64,000 bases of DNA from Klebsormidium nitens (taxonomy: Eukaryota > Plantae > Klebsormidiophyceae): positions 62,001 to 126,000 of the forward strand of contig DF237128.1 of NCBI GenBank assembly GCA_000708835.1, written 5' to 3'. The notes beneath the pieces were generated by a model that saw only the letters and a program-made list of their open reading frames with translations, was not told the origin of the DNA and ran no database searches. Below, piece by piece: positions 12,423 to 25,945 of this stretch (the first letter of the stretch is position 1; each line of letters begins with the position of its first letter). Both the position numbers and the translations under genes were made by a program.

Positions 12423-14890
12423 ATGGCGGTCTCCGTTGCTGCGGCACTCTTGAAGCCAGCGGTGACCACTTTAGCTTTTGAATCGGCGCAGAAATACCTG
12501 CATGCATATGTGGAACGCAAAGGCAGAGGCGACGATACTAGACACGACCAATTGAGGTATGTTGGAGAGGAAGCACCACTTAACCTGGCCTTAAGAGGAC
12601 CTCAAGATATGACTTGCCCATCACTCCTGATCCTTGTCGAAGGCTGGTTCAATCAGTTGGTTGTCCAGTCATTTAGTTGGCTCATTTCGAATTACTGAAT
12701 GGCGTGCAAGTTACTTTGCACTGCAAGTATGGCAGAAGAGAGATTGACTCGCCATTTGTTGGCAGACCTCAAGCACATTCATTTATTTGACGCTTATTCC
12801 TTGTCGAACTTAGATGCCTTGTCTCAACAACTACCACAATCTGTTGCACTTGTGTCAGTAGAGTGCTAGAAAGATGGTGACTGAGGATCAAAGAAACACC
12901 TGGCATGATTAACTCCTGCTGCTGCAGGCAAGGCCTCTCAAGCCTGTTGCAGCTTGCTGAACAAGATGTTTTGCGGGACCTGAACTCTGGCCTGGCTGCT
13001 TTGGAGGACAGCATTGAGAGTCAGAATGAGGTGAGCTTCATGGGGAAACATGTTGAGACCCTGCAACGTTGCCAGCAATTGCTTACTCAAAACAGAGTAA
13101 GCACTGGGGGCCTCAATCTGTCCTGAGATTGTGCCCCAGTGGATCAGAAGTAAGAAAGTCCGTCAACGGTGGATTCAGCAGGATCTAGCCTGAAGGCATA
13201 ACATTGCTGTCTAAGGTCGAAAGGACATCACGAAGAGGGTGAACTTGGACACGTACTGTTGCAGGGAACACGGCAGAGCCGCCTGCAGTTTGCAGAGCAG
13301 CAGTTGTTGCGCTGTACGCATCTGGACCCCAGCCTGTCCACTGGCGGCCAGCCAAACACGTACCTCATGGCGGTGGCACACCATAAGCTGGCCCTGGCTG
13401 GCACCCTGAGAGGAGACCGTGTGATTGCTGCCAAGCACATCCTGAAGTGCTTCATGTAAGGTCTCCTCACATGTGAATTTCAAGAGGTTCCCCACACATG
13501 TTAGTTTCATAATTGGACAATCTTCTTCCAGGTTGTGCTTCCGGACTTCACGAATGTGGGATACGGGTATGTGATGAGCGTTAAGTTGAGATTTGGCTGA
13601 ACATTCGAAGCGCCTATTCAATTACAGAGCGGACCCCCGTGCTGCGCGGTTGGAGTTAGCTCCGGATCTTTACCAGCAACTCTTCGAACCTCGATGCACC
13701 GACATCCTTGAGTGGCGCGACCAAGAGTACAACAAGATTGCAGGAAAGTATGCTTCCAAGTGAGTCCATAACCAACAAGCGAATCGTCAATTGTGCTTGT
13801 TATGCGGTGAAAACATGGCACACAGTTCAAGGAGGAAGTGGAAAGATTGAACAGGGGCTCTGTCGCCAAAGAGGGGCTCAGTTTCTCAGTGTCGAGAATA
13901 TGCTTAACAATACTCTTTGCATGGCAATAGTTATCGTGGAAGTGAACGAGCAACACTGCACAACTTCTGTATCGAAAAGCGTCTTCTTGCACCGTCTAAG
14001 CCCCAAGTCTATATTAGTCTCTGATAGTCCAACGACCAGGTCGGTATCACAACAACTAAAAGTTCTCATTCTGTTTAATGGTCTACCAGATCTGAAGTAT
14101 GAAAGCAAGGACCCCTGGCCCTGCATCGGCTCGTTTTTCCACGCTGCGACCCATTCTAGATACTTCCGTCTTTCTGCTTGAAACTGTTTTGTTTAGGGTC
14201 CAAACGAGCGCAAGATGGATCGACAATCATTTGCTATCTTATTTCCCTTCTCCTAGGTGGTTGAACTTCCAGTCCCACGTGTTGAAAGGGGCATCGGGCG
14301 CGGTCTCTGCTTGGGGCAAGGGGGTCGACTGGCTGCTCACAAAGGCGCAAAGGGACCCCAGGAAGAAAGGTTCCAAGGCCAGCAGTCCCACTGCGCCAAT
14401 CGACTTCCTCGACAGCAGTTCGGGGGATGACGCAGGCCCTTCGTCTGCGACGCGGCCCGAGCGAACGGGGGGTCTCAACGAACCGTCCTGGGGCGATCGC
14501 GGACACCGAACGCACCAGCCGGCGATGGTGACGCCTATTCCGTACCCGAACGGCGGGGAAGGCTCTGCGATGCAAAGCGGGACGGCTGGTCGAAAACCGG
14601 AGGTGGAGTATGCGCGCGCAGTCACGTCGCGGTGGTCCTCGCAGATGGATGCCCAGGCCCGGGAGGCGGAGGAGCAGGCGGTGGCGTCGGGGCGGGTGGT
14701 GAAGCGCGTGAACGAGAAGAAGCGCGCCGTAGACAAGGCGGTGGAGCAGAAGCTGGACGAGCGCTGCCGGCAAGTGGCGGACGAGCTGCTGAGGGGGGGC
14801 AGCCCCGGGGAGATCAACCTGAGGGGCGCAGGGCGAGGAGGGCAGGCCATGCAGGTGAGGGGAGGGTTTGTCGTCTGGAACTTGGAGTGA
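12423..14890 (+). CDS. Hypothetical multi-exon protein; exons 12423-12556, 12928-13030, 13265-13455, then uncertain, terminal exon about 14257-14890
   Basis: First three exons have good GT/AG sites and are phase-consistent. The terminal exon is GC-rich with a coiled-coil-like stretch (AREAEEQAV...VEQKLDERCRQ). No family recognised; exon structure in 13456-14256 unresolved. Confidence 0.6.
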
Positions 14891-16635
14891 CTTTGTTTCA
14901 TTAACGGGTCTTGAGAGAGCAATACAGTGCCAAAATGGGCCTCATTGAAACGTACGCTTTTCTTGTTGTCAGATTTCAAGACTGGTGCAGAAAGTCTTTG
15001 AACCATATTATATTTTCAGATTGGAGTCAATAGTGGATCTACAGGTTTTTTAAGTGTTTGAAGGGAGGCGTTTGAAAGCAGAATATGTACGTGAGTTCCC
15101 TATATTCACGCATCTCGAGCATCCACTCCATAAGCCGCCCAGTTTGCGACTTACTCTATTCCTGTGTAGAAAAGCTGGGTCAAAAATCTGGCTACGAGAG
15201 CGGTCGCCATACAGAGCCGAGGATAAGAAGGCCAAAAGAATACTCATCACTTGCAGGCCACAATAGCGGACGCAAGTGGAGGCCAGGCCCAGGTTACTTT
15301 CTTGTCGGACAGTGTGCAAGTTCACCATCTGACTGCTCCTTCATGATTATTGAACACGTTCGTAAGTTCGTCGAGGTCAATACAGGAGGTAAAAATCCAG
15401 GAATCGATTCCCAGTCTCGTGCCAGTACTGTATACCGTATAACTTAAAAGTCGATTATAGTGTCGTAGTTTACAGCTCAAATTTCTTACATTATATATAC
15501 TCTCTACGTACGTAGCAGATCAAGCCAACCCGTGAATCAGAAAAATAGACAGTGCAGAGCCAGCCAATTCGACCAGCGTCGTAATGACAACTGGGCAGCT
15601 GTAGTTTGGATTTGTCACGTGGAGGACTCAAAGCGGAAGATTACCAATCTTTGTTGGCTTGCATGATTCACTTCGATTGCAAACCGTATTCCTTTAATTA
15701 TCTTGATAGCCCATGCTCGGTTACACGTTGAGACTTTTGAAGGAACTTTGCGTCGAGTGCAGAATCCCGGCTCTGGAGCTGGTCGAGTGCTTATTTAGTG
15801 TGGTCGCAACAAGTCGCCATGTTTGACCGTTGCAGACCGTTGGGGGAAGATCAGCTATCGTACGACATCATTCTGTAGCAACGGTAGGTAAGTGGATTGT
15901 TCATATTAGCACGACGTCGTGTACACTGTAAGATTTATGTTCAGGGCGGCTGTGCGTGCATGTCTCGAAGCACAAAAAGTTCTATATGCCAGGGAGTATA
16001 TGATTGCGCTGAATAGCGAGCCAGCGTCATGTCGAATATGCGCAGAGAGTTGACTGCATGAAAACCAGAGCTTTCATACAGAAGACGCTAGCTTATAATC
16101 AAGATATGCATGACGAAATCATGCAATCAAGTTACGGAATTACCATCAAGTAACGTGGACGGTGAGGCCGTCTGATCGAGCACCGTTACTTGCACCAGAC
16201 AATACACGCAGGCTTGCGAGAGGAGTCGAGGACTATGTAGCTTATGCCCCATGCTTGAATGATTAGAAGCTCTTGCGAGTGAGCCGGAGCAGCAACGAAC
16301 CTGAGGGTATTGACGCTAAGATACCTTCATGGAAGTCTTTGAAGAGTTCCTCTCGTAATTAGAGGCATTTGCGTGCTGATGAAACAAGTCTGACTAATCT
16401 CCCGGCTCTCCCGCTACTAAATGAACTACTCTATTGTTCAACATCTGACTTCGGATTGTTGTCTGATGCCTTGTTCACGTCCCTATTCGTGTTCCCCAAC
16501 CTAGTCTGCATCACCTGTACAACCTCGGTATCCAACACCATGAGTCTAGTCTACCGGTCATATACAGCCAGCATTGCAGCGCCTAGTCTAGTCAAGTGAT
16601 ATACCTAAGAGCTACCGAGTGCTACGCAAGAAGGG

Positions 16636-19600
16636 CTACTTTGATGGTTTCCGCACGATTTCATGATACACGGAACAAAGATCACCTTCGCTGCTATTCA
16701 ACGCTACTTCAATCAGGTCGATCAGCTTATGGACACGCTCCGTGGGTTGCAGGAAGTAGCTTCCGTCAAAGGGGTCGCAGCCCCTCCAATCCGATGTTAG
16801 ATCCTTCGCCAAGCCCTCGTCTCCCGCTCCTGCGGGGTCAAGGTCGGTTGATATACTTCTGAGCCGTCTTCTTGACGTGGCCCCCTCGGTCAAACTCCCG
16901 TTTGTGTCTTCTGTCAGCGCGCCGGGTCCCCTCTCCCGGGTCGCTTCAAGCTCCTGAGCTTCGCTAAACGGCTCTCCGCCCTGCAACAATGGTGCAGCAC
17001 CGCCCGCCGTCACCTGCCGTCCACCAGCTGACGCCGCCTTATCGTGCCCCCCCTCCGCAACAATCTCCGATCGGTCCGAATCTAAAACTGCGCCGGCCAA
17101 CCGGTCCTCCGTTGCCGTCCCCGCTACTTTCGTCTGGTCCTCCAGACTCCCTGCTGTCTCAGGCGTTTCACCCCGCTGACTTGTCAGGCGACCGTTCCCG
17201 AAGGCTGGCGGGTTGTCAACTGCGCTAGCTTCACCTCCCTCTGCATTTGCGCCCGCCGCCGCACTATCCCCACCTTGCACGTCCTGTGTGTCCTTCTCCT
17301 CCGACAGCCCAGTTGCCTCGCCTGTCAGGCTCGCACTGGGCTTGGCGCCCTGCCCTTCCGTCTGATTGTGCTCTCCGGTTCCCACCTGCTCTGCACCCAA
17401 CGCTTGCGGTTCAGACGTCTCGTTTCGGGCGACACCCGTTCTTACCCGCCCTGCCAACTCGAGATCTACTCCCAGGAACCTCGTCCGACTGCTCGCATCC
17501 TCGTCCCCCCCTCTGCTGCGCCGTCCATCCTTCGACGCCACAAACTTCTCCTTGTCAGTCCGCCGACACCAGCCCCCGCGAGGGAAGCCGCCTCCGGAGC
17601 GTCCTAGGATCTCCGCATCAATGCGGTCAAGTAGCGGCAGGCTCTCGTCTAGCGTGAACTTGCGTGCAAACATGGCCCCGGTTTCGGCCATGGCGTCAAA
17701 GTCATTCGGCGCCAGCGTGCGCGGGTGCTGCTTGGGGGGCGTGTCCCACGTGATGTGTCTCAGTTCCGTGTTGATAATGCTGGCGCGGAACGCAGAGTTG
17801 CACATCACCGTGTGCAGGTAGCCCTAAGGAAGAAAAGAGGAGCGGCTCAAGCCATGAACCCGACAGAAAAAGTCTCGATTAAAAACCAGGACGACACCCA
17901 TTATTGAGGAAGCGTTCGGACCCGAGTGACCACAGTTGAGTCGGCAACCACCTACGATCCCGCTCTCAATCCCTGCTCCTTGGACACTGCGTGCTCCTTT
18001 GGACAGTAGGGTAGTTTTCTGAGCGGGCAAACATAGAGAACGAGCGCTCATTCTGTATCCAGTGCGAATACCAGTGGCGGACAGAGGACCAGCCATGCCC
18101 TGGTAAGCCGCCACACCAGGAGCGATTGAGACAGCCGTCCGGCAGAGGCTCACCTCAGGCGACGATACAGTATTGGTGAAGTACATAAGCGCGAGGCGCG
18201 GTAGGTTCTCCCAGCCCATGATCACATACTCAACGAACGGCCTGCTCAAGGTCACCCAGGCGGAGCCTGCGAGCACACGCTGCATCGCTTAAATCACGCC
18301 TCGCGAGTTCTTCGAAATGAGAATGCATCTCGAACGGCTGCATCGGTCTGCGGCCTCGATCACTTTCAACCCAAGTGCTTCATGTTAGCCCGTTCCAGGA
18401 CCCGGTTTTGCACCAATCTTGCTCTCAACCAGATAGTCCTCTTGCAAACGTCCAGTCGTCTCCAAACTTGACAAGAACAGCCTGCCAGGTGCCCTGGGCT
18501 CACCTGTGACCAGCTTGAACAAGGTTGGGTCCGTCCTCTGCGCTGGCATGTAGGCCAGGTCTTGTTTCACGTTGTGGAAGATGGACGCATCCATGACGAT
18601 GCGCTGAGTTCGTTCCGCACTGTCAAACAATGAAAGAGGCTCTTGAAATGTTCCCAGGTTCTTGGTGGACGAAATTATAGGACCCACGTTCTGACCAAGA
18701 CATGCTGAGAGTTGTGTCACCTGGGCAATGTAGTCGTTCTGCTTTATGAGACAACACGAGAAGAAGCGGGCCGCGCATCTCATACTTCGATTCCAAAGCA
18801 GTTACGACTTATGTCCCCAATTGAAGTGTATGAGACACCGTACAATCAAGCTGCTCATATTAACTTGTAACCGGCCCGTCACGAAGCAAGCGCCGGGCTG
18901 CACAGACAAGACAGGAAGCATGATGAAGACATGAGTGAGCATGGAACGTGTGCTTACACTTTCCAGGCGAGTCTAGGCCAGAGCGCCATGAAGTTTCGGC
19001 TCTCATCGACATGCGACAGAGCATACAGGATGTCTGCAAAAGCAAAGTCTGTGTCACAAAAACAAGTATTGGGACTGGAAGCAACACGACGGGCTCCCAA
19101 ACTACTTTCGAAAACAACCGTCTCTTGTGCCCCACAGAAGCGTAATCTTCTGAGACGGGCCAAGTACATGTCGTTGATATCAGATAATTTCCCCTGTTCT
19201 AGTGGCACATCTATGACAAATTCCTTTGGGCTGGTGTGAGCATCCGTTTGGAGCTCACCATCCTGGGTTGCGAGCGGGTAGTCTGCGGCGGACAGGTTGA
19301 TGAACCACTTCCACTCCTTGCGAATCTTCAGGAGGATGGCCATTCCGTGAAGCGTGGTCGCCAGCATGGTCGGTCCCGTGTACGTCACCAGATTGGGCTG
19401 TGGTACAATCTGTACGCGGGCACCCCAGATGTGTGGGCCGTCGCAACCTTGGGACTGGCACATGGATGCACATAGGGACACCCTGCAGATGCTTGTAGTG
19501 TTTGCCCCATGCCTTCCATTCAAAAGTGGATGACCACAACCTGCAGTGAACGAGCTGGAAGAGTGAGGGTGCGCGGCGCTCACCTGCACATTGTCACACT

Positions 19601-20075
19601 CCCGGAACAGGGCCTCGTTCTTGACGAAGTCCGCCAAGGTTTCATGCTCATGCGCTGACGCCTCCGCATCCAGATGTAGGAGGTAGACGTTGTGGGGGTG
19701 CCACACCGCCAGAAGCAGCCGCTGTAGCTGCAACAAGCTGCCCTTGCTGGCCATGATTAAGTACGCGATGGCCGGCGGGGCTGCCTGCGCCCCTCCGACA
19801 GCGGGAGGGAGAAGGGCCCCTACTCTGCTCTCCCGCAAGAGAGGGCTCAGCTGGGGCGCTGCCCTGACAGCCGGCTGGCGGCTGAAGTTTATTCCCCCGA
19901 GGACCGTGCACAGGAACAGGAGTCCACAGATGCAGATAGGGATGAGCCACTTTGTTCGGCGCACCCCCGTGAGGCCATCCTGTGTGCAGCTGGCTTTGCC
20001 CGTGCGGACCCAATAGCGGCGGGGCGAATGGATGGCAATGCTGAGGGAGAAGTCGTTAATGTGACAGAAACCCAT
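16636..20075 (-). CDS. GT14 (core-2/I-branching) glycosyltransferase, GlcAT14-like glucuronosyltransferase; exons 20075-19584, 19409-19259, 19033-18958, 18619-18504, 18266-18154, 17823-16636
   Basis: Motifs IAYLI, HPHNVYLLHLD, NLVTYTGPTM, WFINLSAADYPL, TGSAWVTLSRPFVEY, YFTNTVSSPEGYLHTV, WDTPPKQHP, FARKF. N-terminal TM. All junctions GT-AG and in phase. Confidence 0.93.
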
Positions 20076-21267
20076 GGTGGTGAGAAGGGAGAGTTGCTCC
20101 TGGATGTGATGGCCCACCACCTGGCGACAATCTAAAGTTGTGCTGTACTTTGAGAGATTGCGAAGCCTACATTCTCCAATGCAACAGACGAAGTCCTCGC
20201 TTGCCCAGCTCCTTGATAAGAACTTCGTGAAGCCTCAGCGGCAGCCATGAACCTACCTCTTTACAACTGAAGCGTGTTGCTTATCTGAAGACATGATGCC
20301 ATTGATGTTGAAACTGTCAGCTTCCGCTTCTCCAAAGCTGCCGGATGTGTGTTGACATTCAAGACAATACCTGGTGGTGGTGGCCACCTCGCAATCAACA
20401 GTCTGATCTGCCCAAGGCCAATGGCTCTGCGCCATTGCGCCTTGACGTGAGTGCTCAGTAGAGAATTCAAAAAATGCCAATGGCTGTGGGAGAAAACCAA
20501 TGGCAATGTTGGAACCTGGAACATGCCTGGGAAGTTGGAAATGTCGAACCTGATTGCCAACTTACGCCTGCAATGGCATCATGCACTTGCCAAGAGGTCT
20601 GCTTGCAGAGTTGCATGATGGACACTCTTCAATCGGGATACCTGGTTGGCAAATGCCACCTCAACTTTACACCGTCCATAGAGTCCATGAGACAACACGG
20701 ACGGACGAGACGCTCCGATAGTCGTTCTTGCAAGGGAGAACTTGGGACCGTCAATCCGTTGACACAATGCTGACAGTATGATGGTAGGTAATGAAATACA
20801 GCCGTACGTATTCAGTGTCAACTTAAACCGGGTTCAATCAACTACCTTAGGTGCGTCTCATACCTAGTTAGTAGTGCTACCTCTAGTTCGCCTATACTGT
20901 ATACAACAAGTTGCTCAGGGCTGATTTTTTGCGACGGGTACCCCAGGCCCCACGGTTACAGGCTACGATCACGTGCAAACTACAAACTTCGACCATGTAT
21001 AACTGGGGTTTGAAAGCGACGGATCGAAAAAAAACGGAAGTGTAATATCTTCGGAGCTGACTCTGGATGACGAGCGCAGAATATCGACTAAGCGTACCGA
21101 ACCGCGTCGAACGTTGAAACTGCTCTCGTGCTGTTGCGACAGGGCAAGAACATAGGAATCTGCCACGTGTAAGGAATGACGGTCGTCGATATCGGTTCCA
21201 GGATTTACGGCCGTACACTGCCGAAGACTTTTATTATATAGATTTGGAAGGTTCCGTAAACATACAC

Positions 21268-21348
21268 GCTCTTTTTAGCCCAGTGGGCAAAGAGTTGGTT
21301 CGGACGGCTCGAGCCTCGAGGTCGAGGGTTCGAGTCCTGGCAGGAACG
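21268..21348 (+). other. tRNA-derived element (tRNA pseudogene or SINE head) with Pol III A and B boxes
   Basis: A-box TAGCCCAGTGG and B-box GGTTCGAGTCC at tRNA-like spacing. Anticodon-like stem GTTCG/CGAGC. Acceptor and T stems are mismatched and the loop is non-canonical, so this is not a functional tRNA. Confidence 0.55.
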
Positions 21349-22736
21349 TCAGTCTTTCGGGACTCAACTCCTAAAAGGGATGTCGTGGACACGTGTCGAA
21401 TTCCTATGTTCTTGCCTGTCGTGAACCATCGCGAGACAGCTTCGATGCAATTTGTCGAAAGCGTTACATGAGTTACATAGATACATGTCAGTCAATATGA
21501 TCATTCGATTTCGATTTCGATACACCATGTGTGACTTTCTGAGCTTTTGACTGCTAATGTTGTGCTTGCAGTTCTTTCTGTCAGCTTTTCAATGCTATTA
21601 TCGGACTTTACCAAATCAAAGGGGCTGCGGGTGCATACAAGCAGATGTATCGAAAGGTAGCCCTGGTCACACTTTCTGCTCCCTGGGACTGAAGTTGGCG
21701 GGTGGATTTGCACCGGTCAGTACTTATTTCTGACCCCGACCCGAATCATGGGCTCTTTAGGGGTCCCATGGGGACCTGCCAAACGCCTCTCCTAGTCAAA
21801 ACAACCAACTGAGCAATGGCTATGGGTCGGTGAAGTCTGCTGAGCCGTTTCTCTAAAACAGGCAATCGGGCGGCCTTCATAAGGTGACCCTCCGACGGCC
21901 AAATGAACCCCAGATTTGCATCACTTTTGACCAAAGGTAATCTTACCCCCGAGGTGACGACCTTCTCAGATTTTCATCGAAGTGCCCGGTTGGACTTTAC
22001 AGTGTAGCAGCTTTGGTTGTGGCCAAAAACGGGTTATTTTTGCAGGGCAGTTTTTTACCATTGTCAGCTTGATTGTGCCCTCGTGGTTGCCAGATTGACT
22101 TCGACGTCGATGTTAGGCTCTAAACACCTTCTCCATGACCCAAGCTTTCCATCGAACCTTGGGTCGGGGGGCCAATCGCAACCGCTGAGGTATTATAGCG
22201 CCCGCCAGATTACCCTCTTTCCAGATTTGTTTGAGGGCAAAACTCGATAACGTCAACATCCAGACGTCGTATGGCAATCTAACCCACTTCAACGACCTAA
22301 AATTGGTTGAAACCCCCCTTCTGCGTGCTGCCAACCTATACGGAGACCTGCGAAGCTCGTATGATGGGCCTCAGGTGGTCCAGCTGGCTCTGATTAGGGT
22401 TGCACCGATGTCTTACAATCCAGATTAGGGTTCTGAATTAGGACAAACCGAGGGCATCCTACAGTGCTCTTGAAGCCGTCGATGCGTATTTTGATTGGGA
22501 TTATGACCGTAGATGACCTGCCCAGCCGCCTCAACGCCTCATACGAACCGGAGAATGCAGTCGTCATATTCGCCCAGGGAGCCGCGTTGGGGTACCCGTC
22601 GCAAAAAATCAGCCTGAGACATTGAGAGTGATGCTTGAGCCCACCTTGCTGGCCTGGGCATGCTTTTGTTGGCGCTGGTGAATTCCTCTCCTGGTTCCTG
22701 TGGCTGTAGCTGGATTTACCTAATAGGCACGTTGAC

Positions 22737-24945
22737 ATGTCGACGTCCCTGTTTGCTCGCGGCGCTGGCGCACTCTTGAAGAAACTTGAAGTTGGAGCGA
22801 GGCAAGAGCTTGGAGTGGTCTATTCTTGCACGTCCAGAAGGGAATTCAGCACAGATGCGCCACCCCAGGAATCAGGCCCAGCACCCGGAGAAATAGGAGA
22901 GGTATCTGGCATTCCTGAGGAGCAGCTGCATAGGAAGGTAAGTTTGGAATGTCTAACACTCACGATTAGACAACAGGTGCGATAGATTGGGGCGTAGTTT
23001 TCCATGGAAAAGCCACAAACTTTATTGTGCAATGGTTGGTATCATGATCTGGCGCTGCTGCCGAGTTTCTTATGAGTCCATATTAGCATTTCTGAAGTTG
23101 ATCGGACTTGTAATGAGATGAAAAAGTAATGAACACCGAGCTTATACAAAGTCTTTTGGGGCACCTTTTTAAGATTCATGTTCCAAATCTGCACAATTTT
23201 TGCTTGCCTCCTGTACTTAAAGAGGAAAGGCTCTGAGTGGGATAGCCATGGTCGATTGCGGGTGGGAGAGATCTCTTGGATGTTGGCTGGAATGCTTATC
23301 TGCATTGATTGTGGACGCCCATGCTGAGTGACCTGTCTTTCAGCTGGTAGGAGTTTACCACCAGGTCCTTGGATAAGAGCATTTCAAGGTTCTCGGTGAT
23401 TGTTGCAGCATTGCGTATGTTGCATGTGCTCTACTTATCAAAAAGCTGCTTGAAGATATATAGGCAGGAGGACTGATAGCATTTGACTTTATTGACTGTC
23501 GTATGGTCCAAGCCATACCTCCTGTTTTTGGTGAGGCTGGTCCATCAATTTATCATATTTACTTAGAGCTGTTCTGGTGAAACCTTCTATAGGATTTGGG
23601 GTTTCCAGTTGGGAACGTGCATTGAAGATAAATTCGAAATTCTAACTTTGAGAGCTATGCATCGCACCTTTTCTGATCCCTTTTTCTTTCACAGCAGAGG
23701 CAAAGATGCCCAGCCAGCAAGCAAAGATTTCGGCAATGCTGGACACTGCACAGAGGGGGCACTGTTGAAGAGCCTCATTTTCCAAAGGTTTAGGACCAAC
23801 GGCAGCCTTCTTCCTCGTGCAGGTCCTTATCTACTCTCCTGCGCGAACCGCCTCTCAGCAAGGTCTGTCAAAGGTCGGAAGATGGAAGATTGGATTTGAC
23901 AGCACGTCAAAGTAAGTCTAGTTCAAAGCCTGCTTCAGCATCAGTCGTTGGAGGACGGCTGCAGCGAGATGGATGCAAAGTTTCGAGGGTCATCTCTTGC
24001 TTATTGTGAGCAGGGGTTTGTCCGCGGTGAACTTCTGGCCGGTCTTTACAAACCATGGCATCCGAAAGTAGCAAGGCCAAGAATATGAATCGTCTTTTCC
24101 CCTCCAGAACCGAAGTTCAAGATCCTCCAACGCTCTTTGACCAGAGAGCAGGCGAAATCTGGGGAAAGCAAGAATTGCTTAGGTCTCTAAATGGATCGAC
24201 TTTCCTGCGTCCCTGGCGGAGTTGCTGATTGATCTGAGCCTGTATTCCCACCAAGTCGTAACCTTTGGTGTTTTTCTCAGATGGGAGAATCCGCTGATGG
24301 GCTGGACATCAACGGGAGACCCATATGCCAATGTGGGGGACGCAGGGCTCGTCTTTGAGAGCAGAGAGGCCGCCATAGCCTTTGCTACGAAGCATGGATG
24401 GCAGTACTCAGTGAGCAGCACCCTTAGCTTGCAGCGATTGCTGTACCTTTGTGTCGCAGTTCTCTTGCATTTCCTGATGTTCTCCAGGATCGAGTACGAA
24501 TCGTCCAATCCTTGCAAGCTGAATAAGAAAAGTGTGTCAGACAGCTACGGGTTGAGTACAAGGAGAAACCTTTCTCGTATGCGAAGGCAAATTTGATCGA
24601 CATAGTATTTCGTCCAAAACTGCAGGTGAAGGAGCCACATCGAGCAGTAAAGAAGGTCAGTCATCATGGTTGTTCTGATATCACTCTCTGCTGTAGTTGG
24701 TCTTGACACTCCGACTCAATCGTGCTCATGCTTCAGTACATACTTGCTCTCGACTGTGCAACCTCACTGTTTTTCGAAGTACTCCTTGCCCATACAGGGA
24801 TCATAAGTAAACGATGTCAGAAGTGGGCCTGTTTCAAAGCAAGTTCTAATCACATCATCTTCTTTCCATTCGTGCTCAGGTTAAAACATATGCTGACAAC
24901 TTCAAGTGGAAGGGACCTGTTCCTGCAAGCGAGAGTGCTTCATGA
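22737..24945 (+). CDS. NDUFS4: Mitochondrial complex I 18-kDa accessory subunit (NDUFS4/FRO1); exons 22737-22937, 23823-23911, 24281-24410, 24626-24655, 24880-24945
   Basis: 516-nt in-phase [56 protein letters not shown]. Presequence-like N-terminus. Confidence 0.96.
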
Positions 24946-25659
24946 CCGAAGAGTAAGACAGGTTCGACTCTATTTGGCATCTGACATTTGGCAGTTACTT
25001 TTCAGCGTTCCAAAAACAGCACCATTTTAGCGTTGCTATATGAAGGTGAAGGACAACATTTATTCCAGTGCCACGTCTCCGTGAAGCCGATTTGACTGCT
25101 AGCATTTGCAAGCGCGGACATCTGCCGCTGCAGGGAAGCTATCGGATGTGGTGTACAACCACCGCAGGTCGTATTGTCTGTGGCTCAGTTCCATCGTTGG
25201 AGTCTACAGCCGACATAAGGTTGCATCTGTCCTCTGATTTTCACACTCGAAGGACCGACTACCGCTCTGGGGCCAATCGATGATCACAAATATCCATCCT
25301 GCAGCCGCCGCCGGCTGCCGATTGGCGTGCACACATGCATGTTTTTGTATGAATGCTGTGGCCCCTTCCAGCCGCGCACTCAATGACGCGTCATGAAATT
25401 TCACGAATTTTTTGATTTAGCTAGCAAGCCAGTGAGTCTCGTGCCGTATAGCCTAGTGGCTTGGATAGCTGGGCCTCAATCATTATGTCAACGTACATTG
25501 GAATGCGCATATGTTAACCGCGGGCGGCGTAAGTATAAGATAGGCGTGCTATACAGCAATAATTGGCGGCATGCACCATGCATGTATGCGGTACAGTTGA
25601 TCCGATTAGCTGCTTGTCCAGATGCATTTAGCACAAGCTACCTATGGTGGGTGTCGGCG

Positions 25660-25945
25660 GTCTCGATCGCGCGACGGTACCGTCACCAAATTGACTCACC
25701 GGTGTTACGCGTCGCGACATTTCATGTACACGGTACTGACGACCGTACTGGGCCGTACTTTAGAATCCGGTCCGAGTTCATGAATTGGAAATTGTCTGAC
25801 ATGTCGACGAACGGTAAACTCCCGGTAAACTCCGGTATATTCGGCGGTACAGTACCGCGCAAGTCTGCGCGTCCGCAAATTTGAAATTTCATGGTGTTTG
25901 TCGGAAGTTCCGACTCGAACCACCTGAGGGTACCGCGGTACTTAA
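25660..25945. repeat. Palindrome-rich, degenerate repeat-like segment (possible non-autonomous TE remnant)
   Basis: Perfect palindromes GACGGTACCGTC (25673-25684) and GTACCGCGGTAC (25931-25942), many GTAC. Shares AAATTGACTC with 26363-26374. No TIR/TSD established. Confidence 0.35.

Noticed and set aside
14234-15006. 179- and 255-aa minus-strand ORFs
   Set aside because: Antisense shadows of a GC-rich plus-strand exon
21720-22180. Possible MITE with CCCCGACCC/GGGTCGGGG inverted ends
   Set aside because: Only about 9 bp of match and no TSD found
22365-22432. Site II (TGGGCC) and two telo-box-like TTAGGGTT upstream of NDUFS4
   Set aside because: Short motifs, imperfect telo-boxes, could be chance
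25443-25482. tRNA-like 5' half (TAGCCTAGTGG A-box)
   Set aside because: No B-box or T-arm downstream
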